Position numbers and translations under genes: made by a program. From positions 27,094,001-27,158,000 of the forward strand of contig OZ076415.1 of the NCBI GenBank assembly GCA_964187785.1: a stretch of DNA of 64,000 bases, written 5' to 3'. This DNA comes from Amphiscolops sp. MND2022. Its lineage: Eukaryota. Each line of letters opens with the position of its first letter. Position 1 is the stretch's first letter. The notes under the pieces are model-generated. The model saw only the letters and a program-made list of their open reading frames with translations. It was not told the DNA's origin and ran no database searches. Of this stretch, positions 1 through 11,252 are shown piece after piece.

Positions 1-26
1 TTTGCAGACACAACACACGAAGAACG

Positions 27-540
27 TTGGACAAGCACTTGCTTAAGCCCACGAGAGTGGTTTTTGCTCGTCATCAAATGCTCAGCACCAGTCCAAAGGA
101 CAACAAATCCATCGTACAGTTTTTCGGAAGGCTGAAACGATTTGTTGAAGACTGCGATTGCACCAGTTTGACCGTCCAAGCGCACAAAGACTATCTAAAA
201 TCAGGGCTCACGTCTGACGACATTCGGGCAAGACTGTTGGAGCTGGAAGTCTTCAAGGTCGACATCGATAGCAGCATATCAATTGCATGCGCTATCGATC
301 TAATCCGTGACTTTTCGAAGTGTTTTCGAAGCCTTGAGCATTCAACGTAGCTGGCTGCGGCCAAGCCGTTCTCTCAGACAACTCGGCAACAATCTGATTG
401 ACTTGCCAACACGTCGAACAAGCGTCGTTCGCGCTGTCAGTGCTGCAGTCTAAAACAGCACCCATGCTCAAATTGCTCAGCCAAAAAGGACACTTGTAAC
501 AAATGCTCAAAAGCAGGACACTAGGCATCGGTGTGTAGAT
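27..540 (+). pseudogene. Gypsy gag remnant with CCHC zinc knuckle
   Basis: VFARHQML...FFGRLKRFVEDCDC...SGLTSDDIRARLLE, then SAKKDTCNKCSKAGH*ASVCRS in another frame. Confidence 0.8.
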
Positions 541-1224
541 CGACCGCTGCTGTCTTGCAACAGTCAACTGATGACGAAATCGAGACTGCCGCTGTTTGGT
601 GTAGTACTGACCTGCCGCCTGCCAAGCTACTTGTCAACATCAATTATGCCGGAAGCAAAAAACCAGTTCAAGCAATGATTGATAGCAGGTCCACGGGTTC
701 TTGTATCAGCACCTCAACAGCTGCCAAGAATGGTCTTAAGGTCCGCACTAAACTCAAGGTAACTGCCTTGGCAAATGGCGACTCCCTGGTTACGTCAGGT
801 ACATCTCAAGGTAAACCTAACAAGTTGTCTTAACTGTCGCGGAACACTTTGTTGCGGATGTTATACTCTGGCTTGACGTTTTCCGACAGCATCATTCTGT
901 CAGACTGGAGTAAATTGGTGATCGACCGGAGACTGTTATATGCACCCGGGATCAATGAATTGGTCATCCCGGAATTGAAAATCTCCCCTCCGACCATCTA
1001 TCCAATTCAGTCTATAGTGCAAAACCAATCGCTACAAAATCGCGCAGTCACAAATCGCAAGACGTGGCTTTCATGGAGTCCGAAGTTACCCGCCTGCTCA
1101 CCGAGGACATAATTCAAGTTTCAACGTCTCCTTGACGAACATCAGTCTTTGTGGTTAAGGACGGTCCCCAGCCAGGAATGGTGATTCGCTTTTTGCAGAC
1201 AGAAAAATTGTCATACGTCCGAGA

Positions 1225-1704
1225 ATGCGTTTACTGTCCCAGATATACAAGACCTGTTTGATCAAGCAATTGGAAACACTGTTTTTTTCGAAAATCGATT
1301 TGAAATCTGCGTACCATCAAATCCCTCTTCACCGAAAGGACATGCCAATCACTGCGTTCGAAGTAAACGGACGTCTTTTTGAGCTCACCAGACTTCCCTT
1401 TGGGATCCCAATCGCTGTAGCGGCAATTCAATGAGATATGACATTCTTTGTGCACCGGCGCAACCTGAAGCGAAAGCACTCATATCTTGATGATGTGTTT
1501 ATTGGAGGCAAATCCGAGGAGGAACACCAAGAAAACCTGAGGAACTTCCTAAAAGCGGCCGAGGTTGAGGGTCTGACGCTGAACAAAACTAAGTGCATTT
1601 TTGGCTTTAAAACAGTGTCAATACTCGTTCACATCGTGGGAACTGGATCTAAACGCCCCAATCCGAGCCACATCAATGCTCTGATGGTTTTCCTATCCCC
1701 GTAA
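1225..1704 (+). pseudogene. Gypsy reverse transcriptase remnant
   Basis: FSKIDLKSAYHQIPL, TAFEVNGRLFELTRLPFGI, YLDDVFIGG, LTLNKTKCIFG. Confidence 0.9.
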
Positions 1705-2269
1705 ACTCATCCCAGTTGAAACGTCTTCTTGGTTTCTTTGTGTACAACGAAATGTGGCTTGCAGATTACTAAAATAAGGCTGCTCCTTTGCTCACAGCAC
1801 AGAAACACTGTCTTTACTGCTCAATCAAGCTTCTCGACTGGCTATCGCAACTCTCGAGAAGGAAGTTGCCTCCGCTGTACTCTGGCTTCCCCGAGCAAAC
1901 GAGCCCCTCGTTCTCTAAACCGACGCGCCTGGAACCAGGAGCGCGACTCCGTCAGGGCGACAAACCTGTCGGCTTCTTCTTGAGAACTTTGAAACAGAGC
2001 AAAAAGAAGTAATCGGTGTCGAACGGGAAGTTATGGCTATCATCCAAGGCTTTCGCCACTTCTCGGACCTGTTACGTAAGTCAAGGGTTTTAGTTCACAT
2101 CGGCGCTCCCTTTCATATTTGAATCCAACTCTTCCAGAGTAAAAAGTGACCAGTTGATTCGCCGGTGCTTGGAACTATCGGTTAACAACTTCAAAGAAAG
2201 CTATCAGAAGTGTTCTCAGAACGTGCCAGCTGACGTCTTATCTCGATTAGCAACCACGCAGAGCAGCTG

Positions 2270-3482
2270 TGAAACCTTACACGAGACATTTGCACATCCG
2301 GGAGTGACCCGACTGTACGAGGACATTCAAAGGCACAAAGTCCCAACACACTAATATGAGGCAGGAAAGGTTATCGAGACCGGCAAAACGTGCGCTCATT
2401 GGAAACCGCGCTTTTTGCAGCGATCGAATCAGATCTCCAAACCTTGTGAGCGACTATCAATTGACATTGTTGGCCCTAAACCAATGAGTCGAAGCAGAAA
2501 CCAATACCTTCTCACAGTGGTGGATGAATTGATTAGGTCTCTGTTCGCTTTCACTCTCCGGAACATCACGTCTAGTAGCGTCATCAAATCTTCTTTGACA
2601 CTATAAGACAACTTCGGAAACCCCGGATTCATTAACTCCGACCGGGGCACACTGTTGGTTTCATCTGAATGTCAAAACTTCTGCCGCCAAAATGGAGTTG
2701 CCACCTTCAAAACTAAGCACTGCCATCCTCAAGGCAGTGGTCAAAACGAGCGCTACAACGGAATTGTGTGGAAGGCCGTTCAGTGCCTGTGCCACTCCGC
2801 AAACCGCCCTGACTGGGAATGTGTCCTACCTCTCGCCGATCCGGGCACTCATCATTACCGTCACCAAGGAAGAAGAAGAATAGATCAATTAACCTTCGGG
2901 ATGTGGCAGTACAAATGACTTTCTATCATTGATTCCAGAACAAAGAAAATACAATAATAGAATTGACACAAAACGAAGGCAAATGCAGATTGCAGGGTTA
3001 TGAGAATTATTCGATGCTTGCAATAAAGAGTCCACATAAAGCAGAGTCCACATGAACGCTTTTTTTGTTTCAAACACGGTGAGCCTCTAATCCGTCCCTC
3101 CAGGAGCGCACCTCCACTCAATGCAGACACTCCCGAGTACATCCACAAACTTGTAAGGGCAAAAGACCAAGCTGCAGTTGTGCCTGTACAGATATCCGGG
3201 GTAATCTACCCTCACCTTGCACGAGTCTCCTTTGGCGATGGGCGAGTTGACACGGTTTTCACCAGTGACCTCTCTAGACGACCGCCGGATGTTGACAACG
3301 AACGAACGATCTCTCAACCAGGCGATCAGTGCAGAGACAAGGAGACCAACGTAGACCCTGACATCGGAACTCAGTGTGAACGACCTGAATCTGTGGAACC
3401 AGTAAAAGAGTCTCATGTCAGTCCGGACTCTCCTGTTCCCACCTTGCGACGCTCGGCAAGGAACAGGAAACAACCTTCATAA
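2270..3482 (+). pseudogene. Gypsy integrase remnant with C-terminal region
   Basis: HETFAHPGVTRLY, PCERLSIDIVGP, YLLTVVDE, SDRG, GQNERYNGIVWK; C-terminal VPVQISGVIYPHLARVSFGDGRVDTV (3180-3482). Confidence 0.85.
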
Positions 3483-3520
3483 CAGGGCGACTATGTGTTG
3501 GCGACGAACTAGAGACTTTC

Positions 3521-3545
3521 GAAGAAGGAGTGTTATGATTGTAAT
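3521..3545 (+). other. Polypurine tract and probable start of 3' LTR
   Basis: GAAGAAGGAG (3521-3530) directly followed by TGTTATG just after the integrase stop; the LTR end could not be located. Confidence 0.55.
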
Positions 3546-3978
3546 ATAAATATGTAGTTAACAATACTGGTAAAAAATGTAGTTATGTATTTTATGTTAG
3601 CCTAATCGTTGTATGTTTGCTTCAGAGGTAGATAGTAAAATTGTAGAAACCAAATATGCAGAAAAGTGATAAAAAAGTTGAAGAAGAGTATTCTTCAAAC
3701 TTTCCTACCCATAGTAACCGTAGAATTCTACAAACTTACTATTAGCCGCCTCAGATGAATGCTTATCAAATAGAAACGTATTTTTCCAAAATAGAAACGC
3801 AAGTATTGTTTTATCCCACGACTCACGACATTCACGGCTACTACACTTCTTTCTATATACTAGGATTTTGTTCGCTCTTCTGCGAATTGTTGAAGTTGAT
3901 TGTTAGAGCATTGACAATTCTGATAATTCTTTCAGTAATTAGGGGTGATTTCTCTGAGTCCCGATGATTCATCTACTT

Positions 3979-4335
3979 TGACTTTACGAGGAATTCCCAT
4001 ACAGCAGACAGCAGAAATCTCATACAGCAGAAAATTAAAATTCGGTCCCATACTGCAGGATGTTTATTAATGCTGCAATCGGATTGGCTGAAATTTCAAA
4101 TGGAATCAAGTTCACTAGGCGCAAACGCGTGTCAGCTTTTGTCGGAGTTATTATTAACGTAGTCAACTATTTTCATATACTCCTAGTGCCCTAAATGCAG
4201 GAGCGGAGCGACGTACCAAATGGCTATGCCTCAATACATATTGGCTGTCTTAGAACTGAAATGTAGTAATTTCAATTCTGCTCTATGGGACCGAATTTTA
4301 ATTTTCTGGTGTTTGAATAGGCCCTGACTTTACGA
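3979..4335. repeat. Small element with a 25-bp inverted repeat, flanked by an 11-bp direct repeat
   Basis: CAGAAAATTAAAATTCGGTCCCATA (4028-4052) is the exact reverse complement of 4284-4308; TGACTTTACGA at 3979-3989 and 4325-4335. Confidence 0.55.
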
Positions 4336-4443
4336 TCACTTTAATGACCATATTGCTAGTAATTATCAGTAGTAGCATCTCTTGTTCAATAAATCTTGTC
4401 TCTTTTGTTAGAACATCTAGAGGCTATAGCAGTTGTAAGAAAA

Positions 4444-4964
4444 AACAAAACTGGATCGTCTAAAGTGGGTGCTATATCTAAAACTCAAAAAGCGCAACGT
4501 TTTTAAATATTTCAATGGGGACCCTTTAGGTTTTTTGAAAACCCACTTTATTGCAAAGTATTAAAAATAATTGAAGGGGGACCCTTTGCAGACAATGAAA
4601 AATGTTCGAAAAAAACCTAAAAGGGGAGACTCCTTGGGATTTTGAAACTACAGTTGGCTGCAAAATATCAAAAAACTTGGAAAGGGGACCCAGAAAACTT
4701 GAAAGGTAAACCCATTAGAGACAAAAAATCGAAAAATTGCACAGTGCCAAAACAAATTCAAAAGGGGGACCCTATAGTCTCGTCCGGTTTTGTATCTTTT
4801 GTTTAAAATGGAATAATCGAACGGGGGACCCTTTCCATCAACTTAGATGCGTTGCTGGTCTAATAGTTCTGTAAAAAGCGTCCACTACGCAAAACTTGTT
4901 GTTTGGAAAAAACTAGTCACTGTAATAGTCGGGCTTTTTTCCTTGAAGGAAAAAGGCAAGGACT
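4444..4964 (-). mobile_element. Helentron/DINE-1-like non-autonomous element, family A (degenerate copy)
   Basis: GGGGACCC central repeats; on the minus strand the 5' AAAAAAGCCCGACTATTACAGTG block and 3' TTTTGAG..TAGATATAGCACCCACTTTAGACG block match other copies. Confidence 0.75.
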
Positions 4965-5118
4965 GGGTGATAAATAAAAAAAGGCAATACTTTTGTCACT
5001 TTTACCTTACCTTTACTGTAAGGGAAATTTTCGGTCGTCCTTTGAAACAATAAAGGTCAATTAAGATTCGCAAATAAATTTGAACTAACAAACTTGTGTT
5101 TTCAAACCAAAAATTAGG

Positions 5119-6599
5119 TTAAACAAGGAAATTAAAAGTATGAATAGACCAAAAGTCACAGTTTACGGGAAGAAAAATCTGGCTCTCCAAGTTTACTGGC
5201 AGAAGTGACTTTCGATATTCTGTGAATTCGTGTTTAACTTTGCTGAATAGATTTTCTGCTATGTTGGATGTTGGTGGATCCATTTTAGGTTTCCAAATTC
5301 GGCTTTTGTTTTTTGTTCTTTTTGGAAAGAGCTCAATCGGCCAGAGATTGTCGCACTTCATCGGTTGTTCAACCACTTCGCCTGCTAAAACCTTCGAAGA
5401 ACTTTTTTGTTCGTTGTTCAACGGTTCCAGATTGATGTTTTTTGAAAGTGCCAGTTCAAAGTTTGGTGACTTAAGACGTCCATTGCAGGCCAAGAGCGAT
5501 TGTAACTCGGGATACGATATAAGCAGCTCATCAAATAAATTTTTTGCATCTGCAATGTCACACGTAACCTCTTGTAATTTTTTGTTGACTGATTCAAACT
5601 CTTTCAGTTGGCTCATCACAGTTCGAATAGTGATTGAAACTGTAGCAGTTGGGAGACGTTCAGCCAGCTCCGACTCTGCACTGTCAATAAATTCAAGAAT
5701 ATGCAAAAAACGGTGATACATGGCAAATGTTGAACTCCACCTAGTATTGTTTCGTGTCTCAGGTCGTAAATGTGTTGATTCTCGCAATTTAGCAGATTGC
5801 TTCAAAGAACTAAGCTTCTTCAATAAGTATGTATTTTTGTAGTGGTTAGTGTGTGAGATTCTTCAATTTTCTGCACTGCCAAGTTCAACCGATGACTGTA
5901 GCAGCCAATCATCGGAACTTTAATTAGGTCTGCGACAGCTTGGTTAGTATTTTTGTTGTCGGCTACAAGAAAAATAATGTCGTCCATCGTTTTGCCGAAA
6001 ATCTCGAAAGTGAAAGTAATGAAATTAACCTGGCACTGTGCTGATAGTCAGTTCCATCCAGTAATGGGGAAAATAACAAAAACGGCGTTTTCGCTGGCTG
6101 TTTTCGTGGTTCTCGTAAACAGCAAAATCTGCGAGGTAGTGTGTAGACGTTTCCATATCTGACCATCCGTCGATGAGAAAACCGAATTTGGAAGGTAATT
6201 TTTGAGAACTTTTCTTCTCGACAGATTTTGTTACTTTTTGCATATAACCAACCAGTGTATGACGTTTTATTGGTCCTAGCTTGATGTATTTTTTCTAACA
6301 ACCTGTTTGTCTACCATGCTAAACGGATGGCCTCCGGTAACAATCAAGTCGATCCAGCCATGCAAGTTTTCCGCTTTCTGAGTAACTGTTCCAAAGAGGC
6401 TGTTATATGTCACTGAAGTCTCATGATCCTGTTTTTCCTTTTCGTAGTTCGGGTGGCACTGTCGTACGTGGCTCATGAGGTTTATGTAGCCTTTTTTGAT
6501 GTCTTGTTTACACGACGATCCACAGCGACATTTGAATGAATTCTCTCCGATTTTTGTGAAGAAGTAATCGACTGTAGCTTTAGTTGTTAAACCGGACAT
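5119..6599 (-). mobile_element. hAT-like DNA transposase pseudogene (BED finger plus C-terminal dimerisation-like motif)
   Basis: N-terminal YFF...FKCRCG...GYINLMSHVRQCH (BED-like); FGFLIDGWSD (catalytic D region); C-terminal PPTSNIAENLFS...RKSLLPVNLESQIFL..NCDFW; frameshifted across ORFs 6276-6701, 6025-6243, 5119-5823. TIRs not found. Confidence 0.8.
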
Positions 6600-6729
6600 T
6601 TTATGACGTGGTAGCGCTATGCTTTTGTGCGATGTGTTTACACAAAGAGTGGCAGCTAGTCTAGTGTGAAAACCGCAAATCGTTCTATTTGCTTGGCTCA
6701 TTCTGATTGGCTGAGCGATTTTACGGTAT

Positions 6730-7303
6730 GGAACCAGTTTGTAGAAAACCAGTTTGTAGAATACAGTTTGTAGAAAATTGAGGCCCAGTTTGTAGAATTT
6801 TTTTCTACAAACTGGATTCTACAAACTGGTTAGGTCCATTTTGTAGAATACCAGTTTGTAGATTTCTGGAATTGAAGAATAACAGTAAGACAAATAATGT
6901 TGGAAAGATGCATAATATAAAACGTGCCTCGAATATATTCCCATTTCCTCTAGTGCCCCGCGGCCCCTTGGGGCCGCTTATGCTCCCATCTTGCTAAGCG
7001 ATGTCGAACAGGAGCAAAGACCTAGCAAAACCGGAGATCGCGAAGCAATCGTAGTTGGAGCTGGTCCTTACGACGGTGAGGGCGAGCGTGCATAGACCGG
7101 ATATGCCTCAACTTTCAGTTTTTCCATCTTTTTCCTTTAGGCCGTGGAGCTCTCAGGAGCTTGTGTGAAGGATGTCCAGTTTGTAGAATTTGAATACCAG
7201 CTTGTAGAATTTAATGATGCAGTTTGTAGAAAAAATATATACAAACTGGACCACCAGTTCCAGTTTGTAGAATTTCTACAAACGGTATTCTACAAACTGG
7301 ACC
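6730..7303. mobile_element. Foldback-type MITE with CCAGTTTGTAGAA repeat arms
   Basis: Direct and inverted copies of (C)CAGTTTGTAGAA at 6732-6865 and 7175-7303 flank a unique centre; no TSD found. Confidence 0.7.
6928..7107 (-). repeat. 180-bp GC-rich structured core (copy 1; copy 2 at 20800-20979)
   Basis: About 18 mismatches in 180 nt versus 20800-20979; invariant GCGGCCCC-TT-GGGGCCGC hairpin. Confidence 0.9.
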
Positions 7304-7305
7304 TA

Positions 7306-7412
7306 ATGTTGTTTGGATCAAAACATCCTCTTTTCTTGTGTTCACTTCGATTTTGCGGAGGCTTTCGACACTGTGCCTCATGATCTTCTCATCAAAAAGC
7401 TCCCGTCTTTCA
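7306..7412 (+). pseudogene. Short LINE RT fragment
   Basis: Close match to ~10092-10190 (CLDQNIPFSCVYFDFAKALDIVPHALLNKKLLSF region). Confidence 0.75.
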
Positions 7413-10400
7413 CAACATAGTTTCATATTATGATATGAGTGTTCAAAACTCAAAACAAGGAACCAACTCCTGAAGTGCCGTTGCAAAATGCTCATGCAAA
7501 AAAGTGGCGAAGGACGATGACCATCAGGGATTGGATGCCATGGATGTGTGAAATAGTTTCATGGCCAATGTGTCTCACTCTCGGACAATGAAGTCAAATG
7601 GTTGGGCTCCAGAATGAGCTGCCTCTGGATGTGCGATGCCTGTCTTGAAAGCAACTCTCCGATCCTACCCGAAGCTTAGTCTCTTTCATTACGAAATGAT
7701 AACATAACGACCTATTTCAAATCCATCAGTGTTAAAATCGATTCTTTTCGTGAAGTTGTTTCGAAACAAAACTCCAAAAACTTGGCAGATTCTCCTGCTA
7801 ACAAATCTCAACTAAAAGTTGTTGTGGAAAAAAGTCGAGAGGAATCATTGCCAGAGGTTATGGCAAAATCTTTCAAAGACTCTTTTAATACGACTGTTTC
7901 GAATAATGATCGGCCTCAAAATATTGTATCCCCCAATGACCAATTTATTATCACTGGAGTACCCGGAGCCATAGGTCCCTTATCTGATCTCCACGAATCT
8001 GACTCCAGTCGTGTGAATAATATTATTAGTTTTCTGAATGAAAAGTCAGAGGGCAATATCAAATCCATTCGTCCACTCGGCAAAAGGAAAAACAAAACTG
8101 ATACCAAATTGTCCTCAAAATTGTGGCAAAGACCTTTACTGGTAACATGTGAAAATGACAGTGGTTGGTTTATGGAAAGATGCTTCCAAAAGAGCTACAA
8201 ACTCCAACAATTCTATTATCCTGTATAACTGAAAAAAAGTTTCTCCATTCAGCTGAGAGGTCACTTGAGGAAAAAGTTCTATGCAAACGTTATTTAATGA
8301 TCCATGGAGAAAACGCTAACAAGCATGACTTCAAAATCAAAAACTTGATTTTCTATTATAAAGAAAAAGAAGCTAAGATTATTGATAAATGACCTTCTGT
8401 CCTAAATGCCGCTGTCATAAACTGTCAATCTCTGAAAAATTCATCTAAACAACAAAAACTAAAGCGTCTAATCGTAGCCCATGATATCAAACTTTTACTT
8501 CGGTGCGAAACCTTTCTACATTCTGATATAAAGACCTCTGAAGTCATACAAGGTTCCTGTTTTAAAGAGATTGACCGTACTGATTGCAACAAAGGGGAAC
8601 ATGGTGGACTACTGATTGTTCCCAACCTATATTATCCAGCAAAATTTACTGATTTCTCAATTTTGAAATTCTGCAAATTTAGCTTGGGCTGTTTAGTCAC
8701 CTTTCGCAGTTCTTGTTCTATGTATGTATTAATCTACAACCCTCAATCAGGTTCACCATATAGAGAACCCTACTCATTAATAGTGGAATGTCTCCAGGTA
8801 TACATAAGCGAATTCCAAACTCTCTGCTCGGTAAATGGCATACAATAATTCTCTGACAACGTGCACTTTGTCGGTGATTTTAATTTTCCAGGAATTGACT
8901 GGAAAACCCTGAAGGGATCAACATCTCATGAAAATGAAGTCATTGTTTTTCTGTTAGATCTGCATCTAACGCAATTAGTTACGGAAAGGACTCATATAAA
9001 TGGCACCACCCTTGATCTTGTCTTTACAAATTGCCCTGAAACCTTTTATTTTGTCCATTCTGAAAAATTTTACCGATCGTTTTCCGCTAGTTGTTTACAC
9101 ACGGAAAAACTCCCTTGAAATGCTACAGTTTCTTCCAACTAGCAAACAATACAGTGGATCCTCTTTAAGTCTGACAATATTCAACGAGAATCCTAACCCA
9201 CTTTATTGTTTCCTTTCCAAATGTTTCGCTTTTCTGCTCAATTTTGTCGAGATGTGGTCATGAAAAAATCACTGTCAAAAAACGTAAAAAGTGCCAATTA
9301 TATCCATATTCCTTCTCATCTCATACTATCCACCTAGTATATTGTAAAAACACTTTACGAAAAAATTGGATAAAAATTTGAATTCCTCTTATGCAGCTCT
9401 TTTCAAAATCTGTGAACAAAATCTATCTCTCCCCATTGAATTAGATAAAGCTGCTTTCGTTGAAAACCTACATTTGAAAGATTCTAATCATTGTTTCAAG
9501 TTATTACGGTCTCTTAATGCAAAAAGAGGCTTACCACATACGCTCAAAACTGGTGATAATACATCAACTGACGATTTGTCGAAATGCAAACTGCTAAATA
9601 AATGTTTTGCCCCCGTTTTCAAACCAGCTACTCTGATAAACGTTGATGACATGGTATATCCTGAAAACGTTGAAATTCGTTGGACGACCTCGATATTAAA
9701 TTAGGAACTATCGTATCCCTCTGAACACTTGCTGACGACTCAACTGCTTGTGCTTCCGATGGCATTCCTTGTTTTGTGCTTAAACATACTGGCTATCTTT
9801 TTGCACCTGCAGTACAATATCTGTTTTTCTCAATCACTCAATCTTGTGGCTGGCCTTCTGAAAAGAAATTGGCTTGCATAACCCTCTGCATATGTCTGGA
9901 TCTATTTCTTGGGTTTCTAACTACCGGCCAATCAGCATTTTACCATGTGTTTCACTTAATCTAAAGAAAATACTTTTCGATCATATTTATCCTCGTGTCA
10001 GAGCTAAAAGCGTTGAATCACAATTCGGTTTTATGACTAAGGGAAATACAGTAACCCAACTGATTCACTATCTCGATGCCCTGTATGATTGTTTGGACCA
10101 AAACATCCCCTTTTCTTGTGTTTACTTCGATTTTGCTAAAGCTTTAGACATTGTGCCTCATGCTCTTCTCAACAAAAAGCTCCTGTCTTTCGGTTTCGAA
10201 CAAAATATCACAATGTTACTTGCCTCATATCTCTCGGACTGCCCATTATGTGTTCGCTCTGATGACATTAGCTCCAGCATTCTTCCCATAACTTCGGTAG
10301 TACCACAAAGCAGTACCGTGGGTCCCCTGTTGTTCCTCCTATTTATAAACGACTTACCCTCTGTTATTCAATACACATATGATTTTTTCTTTTCAGATGA

Positions 10401-11252
10401 CCTCAAACTGATCGCAATGCTACCCAACATTGAAACCCAAATGGATATCGACAGTCTACTACAATGGGCTGATGATAACGGAATGGAGTTTAATACTTCA
10501 AAGTTGAAGCTTTTTACCTGCTCAATTTCAAAGCAACCTTCGGCGTTACGCCTTGGAGAATACCTTGGAGAATTCGTTTCCGTTGATCAATTATTGGGTT
10601 TAGGTGTCCTGATACCATAAGATTTAAAATGGAAAGATCACATCTCAAAAGCAATCCAAAAAAAGGTCAAAACGTTTCTTTTTCTCAGACGTGTATTACC
10701 TCTAGTCCATCAACTGGAAAGAAGTTAAGGTTGTATGAAACGTTAGTTCTGAGTATCCTTTTATTTTCTTCACCTTGTTGGGCCCCTTGTTGTTTAAGAG
10801 TACAGTTTTTGGAAAACTTCCAGAAAAAAGTGCTTCAATGGATCTGTGCTGGCCTGGATTTTGAACGTACTTTGGGAAGATTGGATCTCCTTCCGATTTG
10901 TTATCAACTTGTTCGGGCCGATGTCATTCTTCTCTGGAAAAAAGTGAACAAACGTGTCGATTTCCATATTGCGATGCCTCTGAAGCAAAAATGTAATCCA
11001 ACCAGAAATTCACTTGATCTTTTTGAAATCAGCTACTCCTCAAAGTAGAAATCCATAGGAAAATTTTGTATTCGTGCTCCGTGGATAAGCAATGTGTTAC
11101 TTGCAGACGAAGTCATTGACTTTATTTGGCAGCGGTAAAAATTCAAACAAGCACTTTCTGAATATTTGAAACATCTGACTAGAACAAAGTTTAACTACAA
11201 CAACATGTGTACCTATCATGTGAAATGTAGATGTTCTTTGTGTCATTCCTGA
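7413..11252 (+). mobile_element. Degenerate CR1/L2-type LINE (PHD ORF1; APE endonuclease + RT ORF2)
   Basis: ORF1 PHD remnant IGCHGC..FHGQCVSL..WMCDAC (~7480-7650); APE motifs VGDFNFPGIDW and THINGTTLDLVFTN (8861-9100); RT YRPISIL, QFGF, YFDFAKALDIVPH, VPQSSTVGPLLFLLFINDLP, FSDD (9874-10620); Cys-rich end CTYHVKCRCSLCHS* at 11252. Confidence 0.9.

Larger units (their letters stand above)
1..3530 (+). mobile_element. Degenerate Ty3/gypsy LTR retrotransposon (gag-PR-RT-RH-IN), 5' part outside window
   Basis: Gag fragment 27-350 and CCHC knuckle (CNKCSKAGH*ASVC, ~485-540); protease AMIDSRSTGSCIS (531-833); RT FSKIDLKSAYHQIPL and YLDDV (1225-1704); RNase H end ADVLSR (~2230); integrase HETFAHPG, SIDIVGP, GQNERYNG (2270-2900). 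Domain order PR-RT-RH-IN; many stops and frameshifts. Confidence 0.93.

Noticed and set aside
5222-5716. 164-aa plus-strand ORF; likewise 18738-19307, 28522-28917 and 34279-34599
   Set aside because: Antisense shadows of the hAT transposase, CRE RT, GOT2 and THOC1 coding sequences.
6928-7107. HDV-like, hammerhead or twister ribozyme in the 180-bp core
   Set aside because: I could not thread the nested double pseudoknot or find CUGANGA/GAAA or twister cores by eye; left as an unknown structure.
6730-7303. GTTTGTAGAA / TTCTACAAAC repeats resembling a Cas12a-type CRISPR repeat stem
   Set aside because: Eukaryotic intron-rich context, repeats in both orientations with no regular unique spacers, no cas genes; better explained as foldback MITE arms.
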